Shown one piece after another: positions 27,258 through 38,117 of a DNA stretch of 64,000 bases. Position numbers and translations under genes: made by a program. A model generated the notes under the pieces. It was given only the letters and a program-made list of their open reading frames with translations. It searched no databases and was not told where the DNA came from. The stretch covers positions 163,618,001 to 163,682,000 of the forward strand of contig OZ024743.1 in the NCBI GenBank assembly GCA_964016885.1, written 5' to 3'. Source of the stretch: Eledone cirrhosa. Taxonomy: Eukaryota. Each line of letters begins with the position of its first letter. Position 1 is the first letter of the stretch.

Positions 27258-28580
27258 CAGAGACAGGAAGCACACGCACACCCCTGCAAAAATCGACCCT
27301 TCCCCACGAATGTTGACAAATGCCCAAAACTCTGAGTTGGTACCATCAATGTAAGCACAATGAAAGGAAGAGCAGGAGAAATCGTAGAAATGCTAGAGCG
27401 AAAGGAAATTGATGTATGCTGTGTGCAAGAGACTAGATGGAGAGGAGAGTCTGCTTGTAGGAAAAAGTCACTGCTACAAATTTTTCTGGGTGGGAAATGA
27501 CGATGGGATGGGTGGTGTAGGTATACTACTACCTGACAAGTGGGTAGATAAAGTAATCTCCGTGAACAGGGTGAATGCAAGAATCATTAAACTCAGACTA
27601 GTCCTGAATAAAACAATTACCACAATAATATCAGCTTATGCACCCCAATCGGGGTTGCCAGACGAACTTAAGGATAGGTTTTACGAGTCCCTAATGCACA
27701 CTACTGCTCTAACAAATGACAATGACTTCCTAATCATTGCAGGAGATTTTAATGGACACGTTGGTAAACACTGTGACGGCTTCTATGGACGCCATGGGGT
27801 TGGCACAAAAAATGAAGAAGGATTCAGGCTTCATCAATGACAATGACACCCACATCGAGAACCATCAACCTTTGTAGAGAAAATACTGTCTTTGAGACAT
27901 GGAACATCGGCACTCTATATACTTGTGGAAGGATGAAAGATCTGACACACGAACTTGTCAGATCCATATGGGATACCTTATCAAAGCACTATATGACAAC
28001 TTAAACAGTTCAGTTCTCTTGAATAACAACATTGGAGAATTCTTCAGGACAACAGTGGGAGTTTGACAAGGGTGTCTCCTTTCTTCAGTGCTTTTCAACA
28101 TCTTCCTGGAAAACATCATACAAGAAACTCTCCAAGACTTGCACACCTGCATTTCCAACCAGCTGATGACATTGGCCTGTTAGGAAGCAGGAGCTCACGA
28201 GTAGATTGGAAAAAGTATCAGGAGCATATGGAATGGAGATCAGCTCAGAAAAGAGCAAGATTCTGATTAATAGTAATAATCAGAATACAGCAACCAGCAT
28301 CATGCTGAATAGAGGCAGACTTGAAGAAGAGAACACCTTTGAGTTCCAAGGATCCACTCGAAATATAACAGATCTCAAAAGGAGATACTGACAATACTAG
28401 CCCCGGCCTCTTCTACCATGGTAAAGTTGAGTGTTATATGGAAAATCAATTCCATCAGTTTTCCAACAAGGTTCAAATTATACAAGTCCTTGGTGACTTT
28501 GATCTTTTTGTATGGGTGTGAGCTGACATGGAACAAAGAATCCAGGTATTTGAGCACAAGTGCTTCAGACAGTTGCTATA
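27258..28580 (+). mobile_element. RTE 5' (APE) fragment followed by deleted BovB-like RTE pieces
   Basis: ISAYAPQSGL..IAGDFNGHVG; VGV.QGCLLS..LFNIFLE; YGMEISSEKSK. Confidence 0.85.
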
Positions 28581-28629
28581 CATCTTGTACATGTGTATGT
28601 GTGTATGTATGTGTGTATATATGTATGTG

Positions 28630-28664
<35 letters not shown>

Positions 28665-28673
28665 GTATATATA

Positions 28674-28843
28674 CACTGTAAATGTGGTTGGTGTTAGGAA
28701 GGGCATCCAACTGTAGAAAACCTGCCAGACAGTCCTATGCGAGCAAGAAAATCACTCTTGCCTCAAGTGGGACTACCCCCGTCCAAACCCATGCAAGCAT
28801 GGAACACGGACGTTAAACGTTGATGATGATGATGATGATGATG
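28674..28843 (+). mobile_element. ~170-bp stand-alone RTE 3'-end unit with (GAT)n tail
   Basis: Near-identical reverse complement of 34312-34480. Confidence 0.88.
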
Positions 28844-29668
28844 ATATGTAGATAAATCTACCAAAATATATGGTAGTGTCTATGTATATATATATATATA
28901 GTTGGTCGGTTTTTATCATTAATTTTGTTTGACCTGTTTAGATTGATTTGTTTTTGGGCTTAGGTGGTTAATGCCTCAACCACTTTTTCAGTTTGTATGG
29001 CGTTTTAACATATTGTTTAGCTTTAGTTTTCTTCACTATTGAGCGCTTGCTAGCATTTCTACGATTTTGCGTTTCGTTTCGCTTTTTCTACCAGACGAAA
29101 TACGATTCTCGCTGAATTATATTTATATATATATATATAAAAGGAGATTAATATCCCCACAGGTACTAAGTACCCCAGGGAAATATAATGGGTGTCTATG
29201 ATACAGTGGTTGTTCTATGGTATTAATTTGTACCTGTGGGGATATTAATCTCCTTTTATATATTCTCCGTTATGTAGAGAACAAATCCGTTGTATTTAGC
29301 TGCTATTTTTAGTGGCGTGATAGACAACACGTCTATGTTTACTTCCGCTTCTACTAAGGGCTGGTTCATGCACAGGTCAAGTTTACGGCCTCATTCGATC
29401 CTGTGCTAGCTGGCAGGTGGCAATATATTTTGCCGTTCCTGGGACTTTGGTCCTAGGTAGGGAAAATACTCTCTGATGATCCGAACATTTCCATTGGAAG
29501 TCCATAGGATCTCCAATCTTTTGTAAGGTAAAACCGTCGGTAAAAGCAAATGGAATAGATGAATATTTAAATTATAGTTTTTAATTTATTTTAAAAAAAT
29601 TGTTTGAATTTTACTTGCTCCGCTTATCTCAATGTATATATGTATATATATGTATATGTGTATGTATA

Positions 29669-32600
29669 TCATCATCATCATCATCATCAACGTTTAACGT
29701 CCGTGTTCCACGCTTGCATGGGTTTGGACGGGGGTTTTCCCACTTGAGGCAAGAGTGATTGTCTTGCTCGCATAGGACTGTCTGGCAGGTTTTCTACAGT
29801 TGGATGCCCTTCCTAACACCAACCACATTTACAGTGTGGGTCTGGGAGGTTTTTACCGTGTTGCCTACACGGCCACATTACAGCGTGGACTGTGTGTTTT
29901 TTGTCGTGACACCTACACAATCTCATTTGTTTCGGCCTGGATGGTGTGGCACCAACATAACTTTACATAGAAGGGGGCGGTGTGGATGGGGTGGGGGTGT
30001 ATTTTGTTAGAGATGTCTACTGACTGTAGTAGGTTTTACTATGTATTTAGGTAAGGCGGGTCTTCTCTATTACTGAGTACCGCCAAAGGTCTCGGTCCAG
30101 TGACATTGTCTTGGAGAGGTGTAAGTGTGTGAGGTCGGAGTTTATCAGCTCGTCCCAGGTTTTTCTAGGTCTGCCTATTCCGTGGCTACCGTCTATCTTT
30201 ATTGCCCTGCACTTTGTTATACAGCTATCGACTTTCATGCGCATCACGTGTCCATACCAACGTAGCTTCTCTCGAGTAAACAACATCTGATCCCTCTTAT
30301 TTCTAAGTTTTTCCTTAGTTCGTTTATGCTTTACCGTTCACGTATATTACATCCAGCGGAGCATGCAAGCTTCGTTCCTCTCTAGTCTGCGTATATCCTC
30401 TGCACACAATGCCCAGGTCTCACTGCCATGCAACATTGCTGTTCGTATGCAGGCATCATACAACTTGCCTTTCATTTTTAGGGAGAACCCTTTAGCGGCT
30501 AATAGTGGTATAAGCTCCCTGAACTTTTTCCATCCAGTTCTGACTCTAGCTACTGTACATTCAGAGCACCCTCCCCCACTGCTGATTTTGTCACCCAGGT
30601 AACGGAAGCTGTCCACTATTTCTATAGAGCCCTCTGCGCAGTTGAAAGAGCTAGTATTTTGTGGGCACTTGCTGCTACTTATTGCACCAGAGCACCGGCC
30701 ACATGTGAAATCTATGTTCTTAGTTAGCTTACCTGTGATCCCACTACATCTTTTATGCACCCATACTTCGCATTTCTGACACAAAATGGAGTTTCTACCT
30801 ACGCCTTTCCTACACACTGAGCATGGCCACTTCCCGGAAGGGACCGCCGCCTTATTTTCTTTCCTACAAACTAGAACTTTGGTCTTAGCCAGGTTAATTT
30901 TAAGGCCTTTTGATTCTAGGCCGTGCTTCCATGTTTGGAATTTCTTCTCTAGCTCGGCCATTGATTCAGCTATGAGTGTTAGGTCGTCTGCGTATAGGAG
31001 TTCCCATGGGCAGCCGGTCTTGAACTCCTCTGTTATAGCCTGAAGGGCAATAATAAATAGTAGGGGGCTGAGAACAGAGCCCTGATGGACGCCAACTTTT
31101 ACGCTAAACTCTTCACTATATTCGTTGTTAATTCTAACCTTACTGACTGTTTCTTTATACATGGCTTGTATAGCTCTCACAAGCCATTCGTCGACACCTA
31201 GTTTTCTAAGAGCCCACCAGATAATGGAACGGGGGACTCTGTCGAAGGCTTTCTCTAAGTCGACAAAAGCTAAGTATAGGGGTTTACTTTTAGCTAGGTA
31301 CTTCTCCTGTAGTTGTCGTACAATGAAAAGAGCGTCTGTGGTACTTTTGCCTGACACAAACCCGAACTGCATTTCATCTAGGTCAATTCTCTCTCTGATT
31401 TGTTGCGCTATTACTTTTTCCGTGACCTTCATGACCTGGTCGATTAATTTAATGCCTCTATAGTTACTCCTATCTAGGGCATCTCCTTTGCCCTTATAAC
31501 AGTTAACGATGATGCTGCTACACCAGTCCTTCGGAACAACCCCATTCTGTACGACTTGGTTAACTATCCGGGTGACCATGGTGTGTCCCACCGTGCCAGG
31601 ACCTTCAGCATCTCAGCAACTATTTCCGAAGGCCCAGCTGCCTTACCCGTCTTCATATCCTTGCTTGCCTTACTTATTATACTACCCTCGACTAACACTG
31701 CTGGTCCCTCTATTGGGTCAATGTGGGGGAGACTGTCTTTCTCCCATTTATTCTCCTCATTTAGTAGCCTTTCGTAGTGACACTTCCAAGCTACCTTTTT
31801 ATCAGCGTCGGTGATGGCAAGTACGCCGTCATCATTAAGTACACACTTCTCCCCGACAATATCACGGTTTTCCTTGACACATTGCCTAGCAATCCTGAAC
31901 ACCTCATGTTTTTGGTCCTCGCGTTGTAGAACATGCTTGAACTTTCTTTCCTCTGCTTCCCTTCTTGCGAAGTACACTTGTCTCCTAGCTTCCCTCCTGG
32001 CCACTTGATAGTCTTCTCTACTTCCCCCATCCCGCCATACTTTCCAAGCCTGCTTTTTGGCCTTAATTGACCCCTCCACTTTACTGTTCCACCACCATGT
32101 TACTCTCCTCCTGCCTACAGGCCTGCTCCAGCCACAGACTTCGTCTGCCGCCATCAGCAGGTTTGCTTTCAGGAATTCCCACTGCTCCTCTATATTGTAC
32201 GACTCTAATTGCTCATCCTTACTGTCGAAAGCATCAAGTAGTATGCTTTTAAATTTATTTCTGGCTGTGGGGTCCTTTAGCTTCCATATTTTTCTCCTGA
32301 GGATAGTCCTCTTCTGTTGTCTAGTACGTCTCGTCCTGACTATTAGGTCGCTAATTATCAGTCTAATTATGTTGGGAGGTGCATTCTTCATGGGGGAGGG
32401 ATTTAGTGTTTACAACAGACACTCTGTCACGTCTTCTGGTAAGGATATAATCTACCTGGCTTGTGTGTTCCCCGGATCTATAGGTGATCAGGTGATTGTC
32501 ACGTTTTTTGAAGTTAGTGTTACAGATAGTTAGGTTATTTGCGTCACAGAATTCCAGGATTCTGGAGCCTTCCTCATTTCTAGTACCAAACCCATAGCCT

Positions 32601-33805
32601 CCATGGATTTCGTCGTAGCCGTCACAATGTTGTCCAACATGACCATTTAGATCGCCTGCAATAATTATATAGTCACTGTCGGTTATTTGGGAGGTAGTGA
32701 GCATCAGTGTCTCATAGAATCTGTCTTTTATAGTGCCGGGCAGTCCGGATTGGGGTGCGTACGCAGATATTACTGTCACCGTAGTTCTATTGAGGACAAG
32801 TCTTATTTTAATTATTCTGTCGTTCACTCTATTTACGTCTATTATCTTATCTGCCCACTTTTCTGCTACCATGATTCCTACTCCACCCAGCCCATCGTCA
32901 TTTCCCACCCAGAAAAGCTTATAGCATCGTTTTTTACCCTCAATGAATCTAGCAAACCCACCCCTCCACCTGGTCTCTTGAATACAACAAACATCGACCT
33001 CCTTACGTTCGAGCATTTCTACAACCTCGTTAGAGCGCCCCTTTAAGGTGCCTACATTTATGGTACCAACTCTGAAGTTTTGGATTGCGTTTGGATGGTG
33101 GGGGCGGTGGGGAGCGGGGGGAGATGGGGTTATGTTAGCCATCCGCGGCCGAAACAAAGAGGAGTGCTCGCATTCTCGTCCACGAGGAGAATTTGTCTTT
33201 ATCTTTGGCATTGTCGCTGAGCGTCCAGATTTTTCTCTCTTCCACTCTCCCGAATTCCGTAGTCCATCCATCCATCATATATCGAAAGGCAACCAGGTAA
33301 GCGATAGTATAGGCCTCTCGCTTATGATTGGTCCACGTAATAATAATGGTGGTGCGTGGGGGCGGGAGGGAGGGGTGTTGGGTAGTTAGCGAGAAGGTAA
33401 GGATTGAATGAGGTCCTCGTATTTAACAAGCGATAAGAAAAATACAAGATTTGTTTTGTTTAATACGACAAAAACCCTCGTATTTAACAAGCAATAACAA
33501 AAAAATACAGATTTGTTTTGGGAAATACGACAAACTACATTAGGATTTGGCAAGATTGGAGGGTTGGACTGGATACGAATGGAGTGTGGAAATGGTAGAA
33601 AAATGTGTACATTACGTTACATGATATACCGTGAAGAAAGCAGCGATGAATTTGGCGAATGTAATTTACTTGAAGGGTTTATCTTATATATATATATAGA
33701 TAGAGAGGGGGAGAGAGAGAGATTGGGGAGGGGGGATAGGTTTGGCCGCATGATGTAGATATTGGGGTGGCTGACCGCGAAACCTCATGAAGTAGGGGAG
33801 GGGGG
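29669..33805 (-). mobile_element. Near full-length RTE LINE, copy K (frameshifts at ~32365, ~31600 and ~30350)
   Basis: ORFs 32363-33271, 31564-32391, 30347-31591 and 30047-30286 are colinear with and highly similar to the 1084-aa ORF; (GAT)n tail. Confidence 0.96.
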
Positions 33806-33877
33806 CAAATATATATATGTATGTACATATATATATCTATATATATATATGTATATATATTTTTCGAATATTAATAA

Positions 33878-34071
33878 TTATTTCTACATTTGGCACCAGG
33901 CCAACATTTATCCCAGTGTATTACTGGTACTTTATTTTATCGACGCCGTAAGGATGAAAGGCAAAGTTAACCTCGGCGGGATTAGAACTCAGACCATAAA
34001 GGGTCGTAACTCTTTGCTGCAACGCATGGCGTCCGCCCCTCTACCGATACTGCCAATCCACTGCCCTTTTT
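33878..34071 (-). mobile_element. Full-length SINE, family A, with TSD GAATATTAATAAT
   Basis: Reverse complement of the SINE at 10351; 13-bp direct repeats at ~33866 and ~34072. Confidence 0.85.
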
Positions 34072-34291
34072 GAATATTAATAATAACATTCAATTCGTTT
34101 GCAATTATGCCTCATTTTTATAGCCATGTCAGTAGAATGAACACTTCATTCTTGCTCTTGTGTTCTTGCAGTTTTGTTCGCATGCCAACACAGGAGCAAG
34201 ATTGAAGTGTTCATTCTCCTGACATGGCTATAAAATTGAGGCTTGTTTGCATAATTGCAAACGAATTGAATGTTATTAATAAATTCGAAAA
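34072..34291. repeat. Hairpin/MITE-like inverted repeat (~95-bp arms, ~20-bp loop); the left arm is interrupted by the SINE
   Basis: AATAACATTCAATTCGTTTGCAATTATGC...CTTGTGTT pairs with AACACAGG...GCATAATTGCAAACGAATTGAATGTTATT. Confidence 0.85.
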
Positions 34292-34670
34292 ACTCAGATT
34301 ACATTTCTTGTATCATCATCATCATCATCATCAACGTTTAACGTCCGTGTTCCACGCTTGCATGGGTTTGGACGGGGGTAGTCCCACTTGAGGCAAGAGT
34401 GATTGTCTTGCTCGCATAGGACTGTCTGGCAGGTTTTCTACAGTTGGATGCCCTTCCTAACACCAACCACATTTACAGTGTGGGTCTGGGAGGTTTTTAC
34501 CGTGTTGCCTACACGGCCACATTACAGCGTGGACTGTGTGTTTTTTTGTCGTGACACCTACACGATCTCATTTGTTTCGGCCCGGATGGCGCGGCACCAA
34601 CATAACTTTACATAGGACGGGGTGGTGTGGATGGGGTGGGGGTGGTGGTGGTGGGACGGGGTGTATTTTG

Positions 34671-37600
34671 TTAGAGATGCCTACTGGCAAGGCGGGTCTT
34701 CTCTGTTACTGAGTACCGCCAAAGGTCTCGGTCCAGTGACATTGTCTTGGAGAGGTGTAAGTGTGTGAGGTCGGAGTTTATCAGCTCGTCCCAGGTTTTT
34801 CTAGGTCTGCCTATTCCGTGGCTACCGTCTATCTTTATTGCCCTGCACTTTGTTATACAGCTATCGACTTTCATGCGCATCACGTGTCCATACCAACGTA
34901 GCCTTCTCTCGAGTAAACAACATCTGATCCCTCTTATCTCTAATTTTTTCCTTAGTTCGTTTATGCTTTGCCGTTCACGTATATTACTGTTACACATCCA
35001 GCGGAGCATGCAAGCTTCGTTCCTCTCTAGTCTGCGTATATCCTCTGCACACAATGCCCAGGTCTCACTGCCATGCAACATTGCTGTTCGTATGCAGGCA
35101 TCGTACAACCTGCCTTTCATTTTTAGGGAGAACCCTTTAGCAGCTAATAGTGGTATAAGCTCTCTGAACTTTTTCCAACCAGTTCTGACTCTAGCTACAG
35201 TACTTTCAGAGCACCCTCCCCCACTGCTGATTTTATCGCCCAGGTAACGGAAGCTGTCCACTATTTCTATAGAACCCTCTGCGCAATTGAAAGAGCTAGT
35301 ATTGTGTGGGCACTTGCTGCTACTTATTGCACCAGAACACCGGCCACATGTAAAATCTATGTTCTTAGTTAGCTTACCTGTGATCCCACTACATCTTTTA
35401 TGCACCCATACTTTGCATTTAGGACACAAAATGGAGTTTCTACCTACGCCTTTCCTACACACCGAGCACGACCATTTCCCAGAAGGGACCGCCGCCTTGT
35501 TTTCTTTCCTACAAACTAGAACTTTGGTCTTAGCCAGGTTAATTTTAAGTCCTTTTGACTCTAGGCCGTGCTTCCATGTTTGGAATTTCTTCTCTAGCTC
35601 GGCCATTGATTCCGCTATGAGTGTCAGGTCGTCTGCGTATAGGAGTTCCCATGGGCAGCCTGTCTTGAACTCCTCTGTTATAGCCTGAAGGGCAATAATA
35701 AATAGTAGGGGGCTGAGAACAGAGCCCTGATGGACGCCGACTTTTACGCTAAACTCTTCACTATATTCGTTGTTAATTCTAACCTTGCTGACTGTTTCTT
35801 TATACATGGCTTGTATAGCCCTCACAAGCCATTCGTCAACGCCTAGTTTTCTAAGAGCCCACCAGATAATGGAGCGGGGGACTCTGTCGAAGGCTTTCTC
35901 CAAGTCGACAAAAGCTAAGTAGAGGGGTTTACCTTTAGCTAGGTACTTCTCCTGTAGTTGTCGTACTATGAAAAGAGCGTCTGTGGTACTTTTGCCTGAC
36001 ACAAACCCGAACTGCATTTCATCTAGGTCAATTCTCTCTCTGATTAGTTGCGCTATTACTTTTTCTGTGACCTTCATGACCTGGTCGATTAATTTAATGC
36101 CTCTATAGTTACTCCTATCTAGGGCGTCTCCTTTACCCTTATAACAGTTAACGATGATGCTGCTATGCCAGTCCTTCGGAACAACCCCATTCTGTACGAC
36201 TTGGTTAACTATGCGGGTGACCATGGTGTGTCCCACCGTGCCAGATGCCTTCAGCATCTCAGCAACTATTTCCGAAGGCCCAGCCGCCTTACCTGTCTTC
36301 ATATCCTTGATTGCCTTACTTATTATACTCCCCTCGACTAACACTGCTGGTCCCTCTATTGGGTCGACATGGGGGAGACTGTCTTTCTCCCATTTATTCT
36401 CCTCATTTAGTAGCCTTTCATAGTGACACTTCCAAGCTGCCTTCTTATCAGTGTCGGTGATGGCAAGTATGCCATCATCGTTAAGTACACACTTCTCCCC
36501 GACAATATCACGGTTTTCCTTGACGCATTGCCTAGCAATCCTGAACACCTCACGTTTTTGGTCATCGCGTTGTAGGACATGCTTGAACTTTCTTTCCTCA
36601 GCTTCCCTTCTTGCTAAGTACACTTCTCTCCTAGCTTCCCTCCTGGCCACTTGATAGTCTACTCTACTTCCCCCATCCCGCCATACTTTCCAAGCCTGCT
36701 TTTTGGCCTTAATTGACTCCTCCACCTTACTGTTCCACCACCATGTTACTCTCCTCCTGCCTACAGGCCTGCTCCAGCCACAGACTTCGTCTGTGGCCAA
36801 CAGCAGGTTTGCTTTCAGAAATTCCCACTGTCCCTCTATATTGTCCGACTCTAAGTGTTCTTCCTTACTGTCGAAAGCATCAAGTAATATGTTTTGAAAT
36901 TTATTTTTGGCTGTGGGGTCCTTTAGCTTCCATATTTTTCTCCTGAGGATAGTCCTCTTCTGCTGTCGAGTACGTCTCGACCTGACTATGAGGTCGCTAA
37001 TTATCAGTCTATGTTGGGAGGTGCATTCTTCATGGGGGAGGGATTTAGTGTTTACAACAGACACTCTGTCACGTCTTCTGGTAAGGATATAATCTACCTG
37101 GCTTGTGTGTTCCCCGGATCTATAGGTGATCAGGTGATTGTCACGTTTTTTGAAGTTAGTGTTACAGATAGTTAGGTTATTTGCATCACAGAATTCCAAG
37201 ATTCTGGAGCCTTCCTCATTTCTAGTACCAAACCCATAGCCTCCATGGATTTCGTCGTAGCCGTCACAATGTTGCCCAACGTGACCATTTAGGTCGCCTG
37301 CAATAATTATATAGTCACTGTCAGATATTTGGGAGGTAGTGAGCATCAGTGTCTCATAGAATCTGTCTTTTATAGTGCCGGGCAGTCCGGATTGGGGTGC
37401 ATACGCAGATATTACTGTCACCGTAGTTCTATTGAGGACAAGTCGTATTTTAATTATTCTGTCGTTCACTCTATTTACGTCTATTATCTTATCCGCCCAC
37501 TTTTCTGCTACCATGATTCCTACTCCACCCAGCCCATCGTCGTTTCCCACCCAGAAAAGCTTATAACATCGTTTTTTACCCTCAATGAATCTAGCAGACC

Positions 37601-37925
37601 CACCCCTCCACCTGGTCTCTTGAATACAACAAACATCGACCTCCTTACGTTCAAGCATTTCTACAACCTCGTTAGCGCGCCCCTTTAGGGTGCCTACATT
37701 TATGGTACCAACTCTGAAGTTTTGGATCGCGTTTGGAGGGTGGGGGTGGTGTGGGGCGGGGGGAGATGGGGTTATGTTAGCCATCCGCGGGCGAAACAAA
37801 GAAGAGTGCTCGCATTCTCGTCCACGAGGTGAATTTGACTTTAGCATTGGCATTTTCGCTCTGAGCGTCCAGATTTTTCTCTCCCTTCCACTCTCCAGGA
37901 TTCCGCAGTCCGTCCATCCATCCAT
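34671..37925 (-). CDS. RTE-clade polyprotein (1084 aa): APE endonuclease and reverse transcriptase with an internal PHD-type zinc finger; start codon uncertain
   Basis: GTINVGTL, IQETRW, SAYAPQ, GDLNGH, SQVDY, SQHRLI (APE); QFGF, FVDLEKAFDRVP, GVHQGSVLSPLLF, LLYADD, FRYLG (RT); RTE C-terminus RRLRWYGHV..GRPRKTW. Confidence 0.97.
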   Translation of the reverse strand: MDGWTDCGILESGRERKIWTLRAKMPMLKSNSPRGRECEHSSLFRPRMANITPSPPAPHHPHPPNAIQNFRVGTINVGTLKGRANEVVEMLERKEVDVCCIQETRWRGGSARFIEGKKRCYKLFWVGNDDGLGGVGIMVAEKWADKIIDVNRVNDRIIKIRLVLNRTTVTVISAYAPQSGLPGTIKDRFYETLMLTTSQISDSDYIIIAGDLNGHVGQHCDGYDEIHGGYGFGTRNEEGSRILEFCDANNLTICNTNFKKRDNHLITYRSGEHTSQVDYILTRRRDRVSVVNTKSLPHEECTSQHRLIISDLIVRSRRTRQQKRTILRRKIWKLKDPTAKNKFQNILLDAFDSKEEHLESDNIEGQWEFLKANLLLATDEVCGWSRPVGRRRVTWWWNSKVEESIKAKKQAWKVWRDGGSRVDYQVARREARREVYLARREAEERKFKHVLQRDDQKREVFRIARQCVKENRDIVGEKCVLNDDGILAITDTDKKAAWKCHYERLLNEENKWEKDSLPHVDPIEGPAVLVEGSIISKAIKDMKTGKAAGPSEIVAEMLKASGTVGHTMVTRIVNQVVQNGVVPKDWHSSIIVNCYKGKGDALDRSNYRGIKLIDQVMKVTEKVIAQLIRERIDLDEMQFGFVSGKSTTDALFIVRQLQEKYLAKGKPLYLAFVDLEKAFDRVPRSIIWWALRKLGVDEWLVRAIQAMYKETVSKVRINNEYSEEFSVKVGVHQGSVLSPLLFIIALQAITEEFKTGCPWELLYADDLTLIAESMAELEKKFQTWKHGLESKGLKINLAKTKVLVCRKENKAAVPSGKWSCSVCRKGVGRNSILCPKCKVWVHKRCSGITGKLTKNIDFTCGRCSGAISSSKCPHNTSSFNCAEGSIEIVDSFRYLGDKISSGGGCSESTVARVRTGWKKFRELIPLLAAKGFSLKMKGRLYDACIRTAMLHGSETWALCAEDIRRLERNEACMLRWMCNSNIRERQSINELRKKLEIRGIRCCLLERRLRWYGHVMRMKVDSCITKCRAIKIDGSHGIGRPRKTWDELINSDLTHLHLSKTMSLDRDLWRYSVTEKTRLASRHL

Positions 37926-38117
37926 CCATCATATATCGAAGGCAACCGTGCAAGCGATAGTATAGGCCTCTGGCTTATGATTGGTCCGCGTAATAATAAT
38001 AATGGTGATGCGTGTGGGGGGGGGGGGTCTCTGGCTTATGATTGGTCCACGTATTAAGAATGGTGGTGTGTGGGGGTGTGTGGGGGTGTGTGGGGGCGGG
38101 TGGGAGGGATGTGGGGT

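Noticed and set aside
37770-37860. HDV-like ribozyme in the RTE 5' region (minus strand CACCTCGTGG...CGGATGGCTAA)
   Set aside because: It resembles HDV motifs, and RTEs can carry such ribozymes, but I could not find P1 or P2 pairing partners. An RNAbob/RNArobo HDV descriptor search would settle it.
37915-37936. CATCCATCATATAT shared between the RTE start region and the 5-kb minisatellite core
   Set aside because: Only 14 bp of low-complexity identity; chance is likely.
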